DNA of 64,000 bases from Ranitomeya imitator (taxonomy: Eukaryota). Every line of letters starts with the position of its first letter. Position 1 is the stretch's first letter. The notes beneath the pieces are model-generated. The model did no database searches and was not told the DNA's origin. It was given only the letters and a program-made list of their open reading frames with translations. The stretch is taken from assembly GCF_032444005.1 (NCBI RefSeq), contig NC_091282.1:218550001-218614000 (forward strand). The letters run 5' to 3'. Shown piece by piece: positions 12,736 to 25,523 of the stretch. The position numbers and the translations under genes are program-made.

Positions 12736-12939
12736 TTAAATGTCATCTTTATTGTAAATAAAAGACAGCAATAAGTGATCAGTGCAAGTCAGGCTTCCCT
12801 AATGTCCGTAATCAATGTTAATGTGAAGAGAGATGCGCCATACATTTCACCACAGCAGCCACTGCCGGTTAACTACAGCGCCAGTCAGTTCAATAATAGT
12901 CGGTATCACATGCAGTATACAGCATTCACTGTCCAAGTA

Positions 12940-13660
12940 CAGACCACATTTAAAAAAATAAAAAAATGAAAAAGTTCAAATCACCCCCCTTTCGCCCCAT
13001 TCAAAATAAAACAATAAAAAAATCAAATATACACATATTTGGTATCGCTGCATTCAGAATTGCCTGAGCTATCAATATGCTAAACAGCGTAACGAGAAAA
13101 AAATTCAAAACTACTTTTTTTGGTCTCCACTACATTGCAATAAAATACAATAATGGGCGATCAAAAGAACGTATCTGTACCAAAATGGTGTCAGCTCAGC
13201 ACTCAAAAAATAATCCCTCACTCAGCCCCAGATCACAAAAAATGGAGACACTACAGGTCTCAGAAAATGGCACTTTTTTTAAAACAAATTTTTGAATTTT
13301 TCTTCACCACTTAAATAAAAAAGAACCTATATATTTTTAGTGCCTTTGAACTTGTAATGACTTGGAGAATCATAATGGCAGCTCAGTTTTAGCATTTAGT
13401 GAGCATGGTAAAAAACAAACCAAAAAACAACTGTGAAATGGCGCTTTTTTGCAATTGCACTACATTTGGAATTTGTTTTCCCGTTTTCCAGAGCATGACA
13501 TGTTAAAACCAATGCTGTCTTTCAAGAGTACAACTTTTCCTGCAATAATTAAGCCCTCACACGGCCATATTGACTGAAAAACAAAAAAGTTATCGCTCTG
13601 GGAAGAAGGGGAGCAAAAAACAGAAAAGAAGAAACTGAAATGCCAATGGTCGTTAAGGGG
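12940..13660. mobile_element. Fragment of a piggyBac-like non-autonomous element (left boundary approximate)
   Basis: Ends GGTCGTTAAGGGG|TTAA, the same terminus type as the 31429-33155 and 60249-63153 elements. Confidence 0.55.
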
Positions 13661-14251
13661 TTAAAATGAGTAGTAGAAAAAATTATCTTGCTGATTTTTG
13701 TATACAAAGCTCTAATGTAATGTGAAATGTATAATCTTCATACTTTATCAATGAAACTACAATAGGAGTTATGGAAGTTATTATTGCAATGGATAGACAA
13801 TGCTCCATATCTGTAAACTATGGTCTACTTACTGGTTTTTAAAACACAAGACTTAAAGTGTGAATCCATTTGTGAACTTATTTTTCTGCATGATAATAAT
13901 AAAAAAATAAATATTGTGCTATTTTCTCAGTCCCATCCTCTTTCACTTTGTATATTGGTGGCCATATACTTGTACATTATTTTATGAACACATACAGGCT
14001 GTGGTCGCTGCTAGCTATTCTGTACAGTGGACCCACTCACAATATAGCATAGGAAATGGCAACTTGACACTGTACATTGTATATGCAGGTGGTATCATAG
14101 GGACAATGCATTTGCACTAGGCTTTACAAGTGATATTAGCTGCTTTAAAAATCACATTTACAAAGAAAACAAACAATATATTTTACACTAATATTTATAA
14201 AGTCAGTAAACTGAAAGGAGATCTGTCTATGGAGGTATTTGTGGGGCTTAC

Positions 14252-14377
14252 CTTCACATTTCTGTGTGGATTCACTCTGCTTATGACCAATAGGACACCT
14301 GCATTCATATGATCCATCTGTATTCAGGCAGTTACCTCCTTGACAGAGTCCTGGGATAGCTTGGCATTCATCAATAT
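14252..14377 (-). CDS. fbn2: Fibrillin exon, calcium-binding EGF domain: (D)[41 protein letters not shown]
   Basis: Acceptor ttccAG|ATATTGAT and donor GAAG|GTaagc; 126 bp, phase 1-1. D-x-D-E-C and C-x-N-T-x-G-S-Y cbEGF consensus. Joins in frame to the 22743-22940 exon across an 8365-bp intron. HKQSE.TQKCE is FBN2-like. Confidence 0.92.
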
Positions 14378-14490
14378 CTGGAAATTTTAAGAAACACTTT
14401 ACAAAGAGAAGGTAATATAAAAACAAATAAAAAAAAAACACAAAAAAAATACAAATATAGCTGATCTTTGATTTTTGCTACTTGGCATGA

Positions 14491-14540
14491 ATACTACTAC
14501 TACTACTACTACTACTACTATTATTATTATTATTATTAAT
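14491..14540. repeat. Compound (TAC)n(TAT)n microsatellite
   Basis: Seen directly, about 110 bp upstream (gene orientation) of the cbEGF exon acceptor. Confidence 0.95.
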
Positions 14541-14920
14541 AAATAACAATTATTATTATGAGTAATGCAATTATTATTAATATGAAAACCAATGGTCACC
14601 CAAGGGGGTAACTACCATGAAGAGATCCAGAGTAACGTTAATTAAGGCTTTTATTGGAGAACTTTTGTAAAATGCATAAAATGCCCAAGCACCCTAACAT
14701 AAGGTGGAGGCTAAGTGCAGTACATCATTAGGTTATATCAATTGCAAGGTAGTGATATCATAATAACATATTCATTTCAGTACATCTTAGCTGCCTAAGC
14801 ATGCCCATAACACACAAACGGTGCCAATGTACATAATCAATTCCTATAATAATATCTACCTGCAGACAGCACAGCGTTCCACCTCACCCCAATGCATGTT
14901 TCGAACCAGGCTTCTTCCGG

Positions 14921-16091
14921 GTAGGTTCAGTCCTAGGGTCCCTGCTCTTCTCCATTTACACCTTTGGCCTGGGACAGCTCATAGAATCTCACGGTTTTCA
15001 GTATCATCTCTTTGCTGATGACACACAGATCTACATCTCTAGACCAGATATCACCACCCTACTAACCAGAATCCCTCAATGTCTATCCGCTATTTCATCC
15101 TTTCTCTCCGATAGATTTCTAAAACTTGACATGGACAAAACAGAATTCATTGTCTTTCCCCCATCTCACGCGACCCCCCAACGAACATATCCATTACAGT
15201 AAATGGCTGCCCACTCTCCCCAGTCCCACAAGCTCGCTGCCTCGGGGTAATCCTTGACACTGATCTCTCCTTCAAACCGCATATCCAAGCCCTTTCCATT
15301 TCCTGCTGCCTTCAACTCAAAAATATTTCACGGATCCGTACATTCCTAAACCAAGAATCTACAAAAACTCTAGTCCATGCCCTCATGCCTCACGCCTCAG
15401 GACTCGACTACTGTAACCTCCTGCTCTGTGGCCTCCCCTCGAACAGTCTCGCACCCCTCCAATCTATTCTAAATTCAGCTGCCCTACTAATCCACCTGTC
15501 CCCCCGCTATTCCCCAGCCTCTCCCCTCTGTCAATCCCTTCACTGGCTCCCCATTACCCAGAGACTCCAGTACAAAAGCCTAATCATGACATACAAGGCC
15601 ATCCACAACCTGTCTCCTCCATACATCTGTGACCTCGTCTCCCGGTATTTTCCTGCACGCAACCTCCTATCCTCACAAGATCTCTTTCTCTACTCCCCTC
15701 TTATCTCCTCTTCCCACAATCGCATACAAGATTTCTTTCGCGTATCACCCCTACTCTGGAACTCTCTACCACAACATATCAGACTTTCACCTACCATCGA
15801 AACCTTCAAAAAGAACCTGAAGACCTTCCTCTTCCGGCAAACCTACAACCTGCAGTAACCACCGATCGACCAAACCACTGCATGACCAGCTCTATCCTCA
15901 CCTACTCTATCCTCACCCAACCCTTGTAGATTGTGAGCCCTCGCGTGCAGGGTCCTCTCTCCTCCTGTACCAGCTGTGACTTGTATTGTTCAAGATTATT
16001 GTACTTTTTTATGTATACCCCTCCTCACATGTAAAGCGCCATGGAATAAATGGTGATAAAATGATAAATAAATAATGATAATAATATTATT
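14921..16091 (+). mobile_element. 5'-truncated L2-type LINE, degenerate RT C-terminus and 3' tail
   Basis: [13 protein letters not shown] (tttgctgatgacacacagatctac), LDYCNLLL...LHWLP. 3' end tgtaaagcgccatggaataaatgg plus a (ATA)n-like tail. Confidence 0.9.
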
Positions 16092-16447
16092 ACAACCTCC
16101 AGACATACAGGCCCCGTGAGACAAAAGAGGTCTCAATTTTTTTCCTCGTGAACCAGCGGTTGAGATATTGTGAGTAGCAGTCTCTCCCAACTCATCACCT
16201 GCTCAGTGCTCACAATCAATCTGTCATGGCCGATCAACCTCTCTCAGCACTCAGTGTGCTGGAGCATTTTCCTATATGTACTTAAGCATTACATTAAGAT
16301 TATCCCCCAACCAGTAGGTGTCTGACTGCCACCTTACATAATATAAATGTTAAGCTGCATTCATACATTAGTATTTTGCATCACTAGTTTTACACAATTA
16401 GGAGTGAAAACAGAGAGATAAACTATAATTGAGAGACTTGTACAGTA

Positions 16448-17242
16448 CAGGGTGGGCCATGTACATGGATACACCTAAATAAAATGGAAATGGTAAGTGA
16501 TATCAACTTTCTGTTTGTGGCACATTAGTATATGGGAGGGGGAAACTTTTCAAGATGCGTAGTGACCATGGTGGCCATTTTGAAGTTGGCCATTTTGGAT
16601 TCAACTTTATTTTCTCCAATGGGAAGAGGGTCATGTGACACATCAAACTTAGTTGAGAATTTCACAAGAAAAACAACGGTGTGCTTGGTTTTAACGTAGC
16701 TTTATTCTTTCCTGAGCTATTTACAAGTTTCTCTTAGTTTACAGCCATTGACATGTCGCTGAGGTTAACACATGAGGAGCGGATAGAAATTGTGTTGATG
16801 TCTGGTGAGCACAGTACCCAGGTCATTGCAGTAGATTTCAATGCATGACACCCTACGCAAGAAAACTGTAACCATTCCCATGTTATTTAGGTGTATCCAT
16901 ATAAATTGCCCACTCAAAAAAGTTTGCCTTATCACTGAACATAATGTTCTGTGTAAACTGAGGGTCCTCTTCCAATTTTTGTTTTGCCCATTCTGTAAAT
17001 TCAGCTTGCCGATCTGGCATCAGTCGAACATCCCTTCGGCGGATATTAGCTACTCACAAATGGCACCCTTACAAAATACAGCTGCTGCAGCATCTCAATG
17101 AGGATGACCCAGATCGGCAAGCTGAAAAGTTTTCCCCCTCCCATATACTAATGTGCCACAAACAGGAAGTTGATATCACCAACCGTTCCCATTTTATTTA
17201 GATGTAACCATATAGGTGTATCCATATATATGGCCCACCCTG
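16448..17242. mobile_element. Tc1/mariner-type internally deleted element
   Basis: TA|CAGGGTGGGCCAT...ATGGCCCACCCTG|TA with long imperfect TIRs. Remnant N-terminus MSLRLTHEERIEIVLMSG near 16753. Confidence 0.8.
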
Positions 17243-18853
17243 TACTTCTCTGTTTTGGAGCCAATCTTGGTTTTGACTGATGGACCAACAATACTGATGC
17301 GTATGCACACATGGGAGATTTCTGCTGGGGATCACAGAAGATCAATAGAGAATATCACAGTAGGTGTGATAGGTGGGAAAATCAGGTTTTTAAGAGTAAT
17401 CTGACAAATTATCGCCATATTTGTGTGTATAAATACCGTTAAATCCCTTCTAGAGAAAAAAACATGTGCAAAACTTGGCTTCCCTACATGAAAGAATGCT
17501 TTTGGATTCTTTTGTGCACGTTTTCATCTAACACTAAGTGAAAACATCAACTGACTGTTACAAAATGCTGAAAAAGCAATAACTACTGTATGAAGAAATT
17601 CTTTTGGAAGAAAGCGTTACTTACATTCCCAACTTTGGACGATAAATCTTATTATTGCTCCATACAGCTATTCAAATTTTATTATGCCAGTAAGAACACC
17701 ATGACATTATGACAAAATCCCATGTTATATTGAAAGATCTTACTAAACCTATATCTGTAAGACGTACACGGGATAAAGAAAAGATTGTAATTATAAAAGA
17801 GACTAAAGGCTCTTGCAGAATGTAATGTCACCGGGGAATAGATCTTTGTGTCTTATAACCTTTGACCAGTTCGCCCGCTGCTTGTTACTTTATCACTTAG
17901 CTATGCCTTTGTTCTCTGTTGTAATATACTGGTTATGTTCAAAATAAACAGGGAAAGTGCAGAAATCTCAGCAGTTCCCATTGTAGCACTGTCTAAAAGC
18001 AGAAGATTAAATAATTACTCAATCAAATTTTGCAGTTCGGCACACGGGTATTATGTTTCAAAGTTGATCATTAAAATCTATGTAACATGAAAACATTAAT
18101 ATAATAATGTCCGATTGTCTAAGGCAGCCCAACTCCTCCATACAAACAGAGGTGTGCACATTTATTTCAGGGGACTCAAAACATAAGATTGGGCATGTTG
18201 AAATTCAAGATCCCAATCTCTTAATACCACAACATCTGCCATAAAGAAGAGCTGAGAAATTCCGACATGTATTAAAGGGTCTGCTGCTCCATCCGAAATC
18301 AGGAGGTTTGGACAGCGAATGTGTGAGGGCAGCTTTCAACTCTTAAGATACCTCTATAAGGTTCTAACATTTTCATTTATTTTCTTAATTTTATCTATTT
18401 TATAGAACTGATATACCAGCAGATTGTCATTACTTGCTTCAATACCTTCCTTACGGTTCCCCATACTAGTTCTCAGGACAGAATTATACACAGTTTCCAG
18501 TTTCAAAAGAAATCAATGAAACTGTTAGTATATAATACTGAAGTATTTGAGGAAATTCCCTTTTTTCTGAATTATACCAGAACCCAGGGTCTACAATATA
18601 CAGTTAAGTCCATATATATTTGGACAGAGACAACATTTTTCTTATTTTGGTTATAGACATTACCACAATTAATTTTAAACAAAACAATTCAGATGCAGTT
18701 GATGTTCAGACTTTCAGCTTTCATTTGAGGGTATCCACATTAAAATTGGATGAAGGGTTTAGGAGTTTCAGCTCCTTAACATGTGCCACCATGTTTTTAA
18801 AGGGACCAAAAGTAATTGGACAGATTAAATCATTTTAAATAAAATATTCATTT

Positions 18854-19891
18854 CTAGTACTTGGTTGAAAACCCTTTGTTGGCAATGACTGCCTGAAGTC
18901 TTGAACTTATGGACATCACCAGACGCTGTGTTTCCTCCTTTTTAATGCTCTGCCAGGTCTTTACTATGGTGGTTTTCAGTTGCTGTTTGTTTGTGGGCTT
19001 TTCTGTCTGAAGTTTAGTCTTTAACAAGTGAAATGCATGCTCAATTGGGTTGAGATCAGGTGACTGACTTGGCCATTCAAGAAAATTCCACTTATTTGCT
19101 TTAATAAACTCATGGGTTGCTTTGGCTTTATGTTTTGGGTCATTGTCCTTCTGTAGTATGAAACGGCGACCAATCAGTTTGGCTGCATTTGGCTGGATCT
19201 GAGCACACAGTATGTCTCTGAATACCTCAGAATTCATTCGGCTGCTTCTGTCCTGTGTCACATCATCCATAAACACTAGTGACCCAGTGCCACTGGCAGC
19301 CATGCATGCCCAAGCCATCACACTGCCTCCGCCGTGTTTTACAGTTGATGTGGTATGCTTTGGATCATGAGCTGTACCACACCTTCGCCATACTTTTCTC
19401 TTTCCATCATTCTGGTAGAGGTTGATCTTGGTTTCATCGGTCCAAAGAATTTTCTTCCAGAACTGTGCTGGCTTTTTTAGATGTTTTTTATCAAAGTCCA
19501 GTCTAGCCTTTTTATTCTTGATGCTTATGAGTGGCTTGCACCGTGCAGTGAACCCTCTGTATTTACTTACATGCAGTCTTCTCTTTATGGTAGATTTGGA
19601 TATTGATACGCCTACCTCCTGGAGATTGTTGTTCACTTGGTTGGCTGTTGTGAAGGGGTTTCTCTTCACCATGGAGATTATTCTGCGATTATCCACCACT
19701 GTTGTCTTCCGTGGGCACCCAGGTCTTTTTGCATTGATGAGTTCACCAGAGCTTTCTTTCTTTCTCAGGATGTACCAAACTGTAGATTTTGCCACTCCTA
19801 ATATTGTAGGTATTTCTCGGATGGTTTTTTTCTGTTTTTGCAGCTTAAGGATGGCTTGTTTCACCTGCATGGAGAGCTCCTTTGACCGCAT
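18854..19891 (-). CDS. Open Tc1 transposase (345 aa, DD34E type)
   Basis: ATG at 19891 (MRSKELSMQVKQ), HTH domains, WTDETKIN, QKDNDPKH, SPDLNPIEH, no internal stop. Confidence 0.85.
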   Translation of the reverse strand: MRSKELSMQVKQAILKLQKQKKTIREIPTILGVAKSTVWYILRKKESSGELINAKRPGCPRKTTVVDNRRIISMVKRNPFTTANQVNNNLQEVGVSISKSTIKRRLHVSKYRGFTARCKPLISIKNKKARLDFDKKHLKKPAQFWKKILWTDETKINLYQNDGKRKVWRRCGTAHDPKHTTSTVKHGGGSVMAWACMAASGTGSLVFMDDVTQDRSSRMNSEVFRDILCAQIQPNAAKLIGRRFILQKDNDPKHKAKATHEFIKANKWNFLEWPSQSPDLNPIEHAFHLLKTKLQTEKPTNKQQLKTTIVKTWQSIKKEETQRLVMSISSRLQAVIANKGFSTKY

Positions 19892-20232
19892 GTTTACTGC
19901 ACAGCAAAACCTTCCAAATGCAAGCACCACACCTCAAATCAACTCCAGACCTTTTATCTGCTTAATTGAGGATGATATAATGAAGGAATTGCCTACACCT
20001 GTCCATGAAATAGCCCTGGAGTCAATTGTCCAATTACTTTTGGTCCCTTTAAAAACAGGGTGGCACATGTTAAGGAGCTGAGACTCCTAATCCCTTCATC
20101 CAATTTTAATGTGGATACCTTCAAATGAAAGCTGAAAGTCTGAACTTCAACTGCATCTGAATTGTTTTGTTTAAAATTCATTGTGGTAATGTCTATAACC
20201 AAAATTAGAAAAATGTTGTCTCTGTCCAAATA

Positions 20233-21684
20233 TAACATAGTAACATAGTTAGTAAGGCCGAAAAAAGACATTTGTCCATCCAGTTCAGCCTATATTCCAT
20301 CATAATAAATCCCCAGATCTACGTCCTTCTACAGAACCTAATAATTGTATGATACAATATTGTTCTGCTCCAGGAAGACATCCAGGCCTCTCTTGAACCC
20401 CTCGACTGAGTTCGCCATCACCACCTCCTCAGGCAAGCAATTCCAGATTCTCACTGCCCTAACAGTAAAGAATCCTCTTCTATGTTGGTGGAAAAACCTT
20501 CTCTCCTCCAGACGCAAAGAATGCCCCCTTGTGCCCGTCACCTTCCTTGGTATAAACAGATCCTCAGCGAGATATTTGTATTGTCCCCTTATATACTTAT
20601 ACATGGTTATTAGATCGCCCCTCAGTCGTCTTTTTTCTAGACTAAATAATCCTAATTTCGCTAATCTATCTGGGTATTGTAGTTCTCCCATCCCCTTTAT
20701 TAATTTTGTTGCCCTCCTTTGTACTCTCTCTAGTTCCATTATATACTTCCTGAGCACCGGTGCCCAAAACTGGACACAGTACTCCATGTGCGGTCTAACT
20801 AGGGATTTGTACAGAGGCAGTATAATGCTCTCATCATGTGTATCCAGACCTCTTTTAATGCACCCCATGATCCTGTTTGCCTTGGCAGCTGCTGCCTGGC
20901 ACTGGCTGCTCCAGGTAAGTTTATCATTAACTAGGATCCCCAAGTCCTTCTCCCTGTCAGATTTACCCAGTGGTTTCCCGTTCAGTGTGTAATGGTGATA
21001 TTGATTCCCTCTTCCCATGTGTATAACCTTACATTTATCATTGTTAAACCTCATCTGCCACCTTTCAGCCCAAGTTTCCAACTTATCCAGATCCATCTGT
21101 AGCAGAATACTATCTTCTCTTGTATTAACTGCTTTACATAGTTTTGTATCATCTGCAAATATCGATATTTTACTGTGTAAACCTTCTACCAGATCATTAA
21201 TGAATATGTTGAAGAGAACAGGTCCCAATACTGACCCCTGCGGTACCCCACTGGTCACAGCGACCCAGTTAGAGACTATACCATTTATAACCACCCTCTG
21301 CTTTCTATCACTAAGCCAGTTACTAACCCATTTACACACATTTTCCCCCAGACCAAGCATTCTCATTTTGTGTACCAACCTCTTGTGCGGCACGGTATCA
21401 AACGCTTTGGAAAAATCGAGATATACCACGTCCAATGACTCACCGTGGTCCAGTCTATAGCTTACCTCTTCATAAAAACTGATTAGATTGGTTTGACAGG
21501 AGCGATTTCTCATAAACCCATGCTGATATGGAGTTAAACAGTTATTCTCATTGAGATAATCCAGAATAACATCCCTCAGAAACCCTTCAAATATTTTACC
21601 AACAATAGAGGTTAGACTTACTGGCCTATAATTTCCAGGTTCACTTTTAGAGCCCTTTTTGAATATTGGCACCACATTTGCTAT
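20233..21684 (-). mobile_element. 5'-truncated CR1 LINE (RT ORF 20338-21675)
   Basis: [36 protein letters not shown]. 3' (CTATGTTA)n octamer tail. Confidence 0.95.
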
Positions 21685-22087
21685 ATGGACTTAACTGTAT
21701 AGTGCTAACTACTGAGCCCCCGTTATGCCCAGAAATTGTCCTGGTTCAGATTATTTTTGATAGTCTCAATGATTTGTCACCTGGTACCCAACAATTGTAT
21801 GAATTTACGAAGAAAGCTGATGAAGAAGGCTCATGTGGCCATAATAGAGTACACTGCAAGGAGCCATTTTTCTTTAACCCATAGGTACAGTGAATCACTG
21901 ATCGACATAGGGTCATATGGCTAGCCCTTCCAGTATTATAAGAGTTCTTTGGTAAGTTCTTCTGTAATGCGTCTCTTACTGGGCTCCTTACTGTAGTTTG
22001 GATTAAATACTGTTTTATGAGCAGAATATTATCACTAGAGGATTAGTAAAGCTGTTGCAATGTAGTCCCGTAATCCTACATCTTTAA

Positions 22088-22343
22088 GAGATTTGTACAA
22101 CCCAGCCCCCACCACTGATTGGCTGCTTTCTGCCTATGCATAGTGTACACAGAAATATGTCAATCATTGGTGTGGGCGGAGTTATACAGGGATCAACATT
22201 CATAAGAACAGGTGGATACGCAGCAGATAAAACAGTAATTTTATCAAAATTTCAGCAAGTACTACATCACTGGAATAAGGGGTTCGGCCCCTACATCAGG
22301 CTGCTTTCAGATGGGGTAGCAAAAAACTTATGACAGATTGCCT
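22088..22343. mobile_element. Kolobok/T2-like MITE, degenerate
   Basis: TTAA flanks. End tgacagattgcct|TTAA resembles the 59207-59626 element. Confidence 0.5.
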
Positions 22344-22742
22344 TTAAGAATCACGAACCTTTATGAATTCCTAATGTGCTAATATTACACAAAAACACAC
22401 ATACGGGGTTTGTAGAATCTATTTTTCTATACTCAACGGATGGTTCTGGCTCTTTATGTTTTTCTAATGTGAATTTCAAACATACATTAGCTTTTCTCGC
22501 CTGATAACATATCATAACCTATTATAGATGAATAGGCCCAGTGTGTGCGCACTAGAGGTTTAAAAAAATATAGGCTTGCAGCTAATATAATATAAAAGCA
22601 TGCAATTCCTCAGTGTTTTAAGGGTTGATTGGCACGGCGGTTTAAGTAGTGTAACCATTGAGTTCTCAGTTAAATATATTGATTTATGCTATGTCCAGGA
22701 AATGAATTTATTACACATATACATTAGTACGGAGCAGTTTAC

Positions 22743-22940
22743 CTTGGCAGGCTCCACTGCGTATATTGGGAATGTAGCCACGGCGGCAGGGTTGTGGTTG
22801 AGCGGGGCACATCTCACATGGGTGTCCCCAGGCGCGTCCAATAGTTGCACAGCACAGAGTTTTTGTGCACACGATACCAGTCACCTGACCCTGACACATC
22901 TGATTGCTGACTTGCGTGAAGCAGGGCCCTGTTCTGTAGT
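22743..22940 (-). CDS. fbn2: Fibrillin exon, first hybrid (TB/EGF) domain: (D)[65 protein letters not shown]
   Basis: Minus-strand acceptor ttgcAG|ACTACAGA and donor CAAG|GTaaac; 198 bp, phase 1-1. TQV..NQ, TIGRAW and AQPQP match my recollection of FBN2 rather than FBN1 (TVISNQ, TVGRAW, AQPHP). An fbn3-type paralogue is not fully excluded without alignment. Confidence 0.92.
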
Positions 22941-23788
22941 CTGCAAGTAAAAACAGCAAAAGAAAATATTCAAATCCGGTCGGCACCATCTGATGATCTC
23001 GAAAGCTCAAATTCAGCAAAACTACCAGGAAAACAGAAATATGAGAAATTTGAAAGCCCACATGACACATTTATATTGTTAGCATACACTCACGTTTTAG
23101 CTTTCATTTTATTACATTTAGAGAACATTTGTCTAATTAGACTTGAAAAACACACAACTAACTGTAATATAAATTTGAATGACATGTAGATATGATATGA
23201 ATGAACAGCTATAATATCGGCTCAATGAAACGTTAACAGATTACAATCTACTTGCAGTGGATGAGTTCGAATTTCTTAAAAAATTCTCACCCAAAGTGCC
23301 ATAAAACAAAATGATGTAAACGGCATGACGATCATTTTCATTTTTTATTTTATTCGGTATGTCGTGTGGATTTTAATGGATTTAAGTGGGAACAAGACGT
23401 TCTTTAATAAAAATGAAGTTTCCACAATAATGAATATCTTTTGTTTCTACAAATAAAGACTTCCATTTTTTTTTAAAAACCAGATGTTTGACACTCCTCA
23501 AGAAAGGATTGTGGCGAGCAGAATTAACCACAGAGACATAGCTGCTAAAGATAGTATGGAAAAGATAATGTTTGTGATTAGCTAACAACGTACCAAACTT
23601 CAAAGCGATAATCGAACGTCACTCTAAAATGTAAAGTATACGTCCAGTTAGTAGATGACACTATATATGCTGAAATATAAGGAGACCACAGCTGCTTCTT
23701 ATTTCTGCACTTTGCAAGTGGCACACATCACGGACATTTTAGCATTATGTTTGAGACACAGAAAGGACTGTCAAAGATTTCTCTATTA

Positions 23789-24125
23789 GGCTAGGGTCAC
23801 ACTGCGTTATGGTGGTACGTTTAACGGACTACGTTACACCGCGGCATAACGCGGTGTAACGTAGTCCGTTAACACCTGCATTGATTGTAATGGCGAACGC
23901 ATTGCTAGCGCACGTCCACATTGGGCATGCACTAGCGATGTGCCGTCATTTGAGTGACAGACCGCGAACGCTGCTTGCAGCCTTCGTGGTCCGTTCCTCG
24001 CTAGCGCAGATCGGGGATCTCCGCTAGTGGGATCGGCTAACGCGATCCCTTTTGGGACATTGCGTTAGCACAGTCCGTAGTGCTGTGCGCTAAACGGACT
24101 GCCCTAACGCAATGTGACCCTAGCC
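23789..24125. mobile_element. Harbinger-like palindromic MITE
   Basis: TIR GGCTAGGGTCACA / TGTGACCCTAGCC with TTA on both sides. Confidence 0.85.
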
Positions 24126-24439
24126 TTACACATGAAGCTTGCACTCAGTACTCTTTGGCACTAAAAAAAACCCCGCTCCTTCAAGACAACCACTTTTCCT
24201 TTACACCATTCAAATACGCCCTATGGCCTAATTGTAGGGTACATTGTTAAACACGGTCACCCATTTATTTCCATTGGTTCCATTTTATAGCACTGTGTAA
24301 ATATTTTAGATAGCTGTGCAAAAATAGCTGTAATGTAAGAATGCTTTCAAAAACAGGAGTGTTTAAAGATTATATTTATCCATTAACAAAATGCAAAGTG
24401 AATAAACAGAATCAGATTCAGCATTTGGTGTTACTATTC

Positions 24440-24652
24440 ATTGCCTTCAAAATAGCCTCAAAACATAAATTCTCGTAGGTACACTTGCACACAGCTTTTG
24501 AAGGAACTAGGCAGTAGATTCTTGGAGAACCAATATGACAGATCTTCCGTGGAACTAGGCATCTGAAAGTCCCTTACCATCTCCATGTAATTCCACACAG
24601 ACTCAATGTTGAGATCAGGGCTATTTGAGGGACACATTATCACTTCCAGGAT
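24440..24652 (-). mobile_element. Old Tc1 transposase C-terminal fragment
   Basis: CPSNSPDLNIESVWNY, a degenerate SPDLNPIE motif. Confidence 0.7.
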
Positions 24653-24815
24653 GATATCTATCTATCTCAACAGAAAACAAAATATGAGCGGCACACTCCC
24701 TCATCCAACGATATTAACAAAACTGTGTACAGGGTATGCCACTAGATGCCACTCATCCATATACCGCTGACTTCAGGCTTCGGGTGCTCCTTCAGAAAAA
24801 AAGACTTCTATCCAC

Positions 24816-25109
24816 ATAATCCTTGTGAGAAAAGCAGTGAGGGCACTCACCAGTCTTCAAAAGTCACTTCTTTATTAATCACAACTCCAGATAAAATTCA
24901 TGGCCGGGGGAGAGGGAGCCAAAGCTCGTGTGAGCAGGGGAGGACGACAGCCATTTCGCGCTGTGCCTGTGCTTCTACGGGACTCCCCTGCTCACACGAG
25001 CTTCGGCTCCCTCTCCCCCGGCCATGAATTTTATCTGGAGTTGTGATTAATAAAGAAGTGACTTTTGAAGACTGGTGAGTGCCCTCATTGCTTTTCTCAC
25101 AAGGATTAT
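24816..25109. repeat. Penelope-type palindrome B: 127-bp inverted arms around a 40-bp hammerhead-like spacer
   Basis: Arms 24816-24942 and 24983-25109 with 2 mismatches. AATAAA followed by GGTGAGTGC in each arm. Confidence 0.8.
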
Positions 25110-25211
25110 ATCTATCTATCTCTCTATCTATCTATCTAGAAAAAAAGCAGCACCAGTGAGAATAGGGTGCATAGGTACATATCAGTCCTTCAATACAGTC
25201 CAAAGTATTAA

Positions 25212-25387
25212 GGCAGCAAACCAAATAAAGATATAATCTAAGTGCTATTTATTAGCCCATGTGGCAACATTTCGTCCAAAAGTGTGGACCTTTCTCAAGC
25301 CTAGAAAAAGTCTACACTTTTGGACCAAAACGTCACCACACTAAGATCTAAGAACACTTAGATTATATCTTTATATGGTGTGCTGCC
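25212..25387. repeat. Penelope-type palindrome C, two head-to-head degenerate hammerhead-like motifs
   Basis: Outer arms 25212-25243 and 25355-25387. Centre tctcaagcctaga. The minus strand reads GC TTGAGAA AG GTCCA..TGGAC GAAA TGTT GCCAC. Confidence 0.75.
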
Positions 25388-25392
25388 TCAGT

Positions 25393-25440
<48 letters not shown>

Positions 25441-25523
25441 AAAATCAAAATTGGAACGGCATCCAATATTACCACAGTTGCCGTGCAACGCTTTCCAAAC
25501 CAGTGATCCAATGGCTTCCAATA

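Larger units (their letters stand above)
18601..21697 (-). mobile_element. Tc1 transposon whose 5' TIR is split by a CR1 insertion
   Basis: TA|CAGTTAAGTCCAT at 18601. The matching TIR is broken into ctgtccaaata (to 20232) and tatatggacttaactg|TA (21682-21697). About 200-bp TIRs. Confidence 0.93.

Noticed and set aside
19422-21460. Plus-strand ORFs of 147-219 aa (also 46546-47010 and 53091-54206)
   Set aside because: Antisense shadows of Tc1 and CR1 coding sequence.
22990-23008. CTGATGA-TCTC-GAAA-GCTC near the exon acceptor, resembling a hammerhead core
   Set aside because: No stem II can form between the two core halves and there is no stem I; probably chance.
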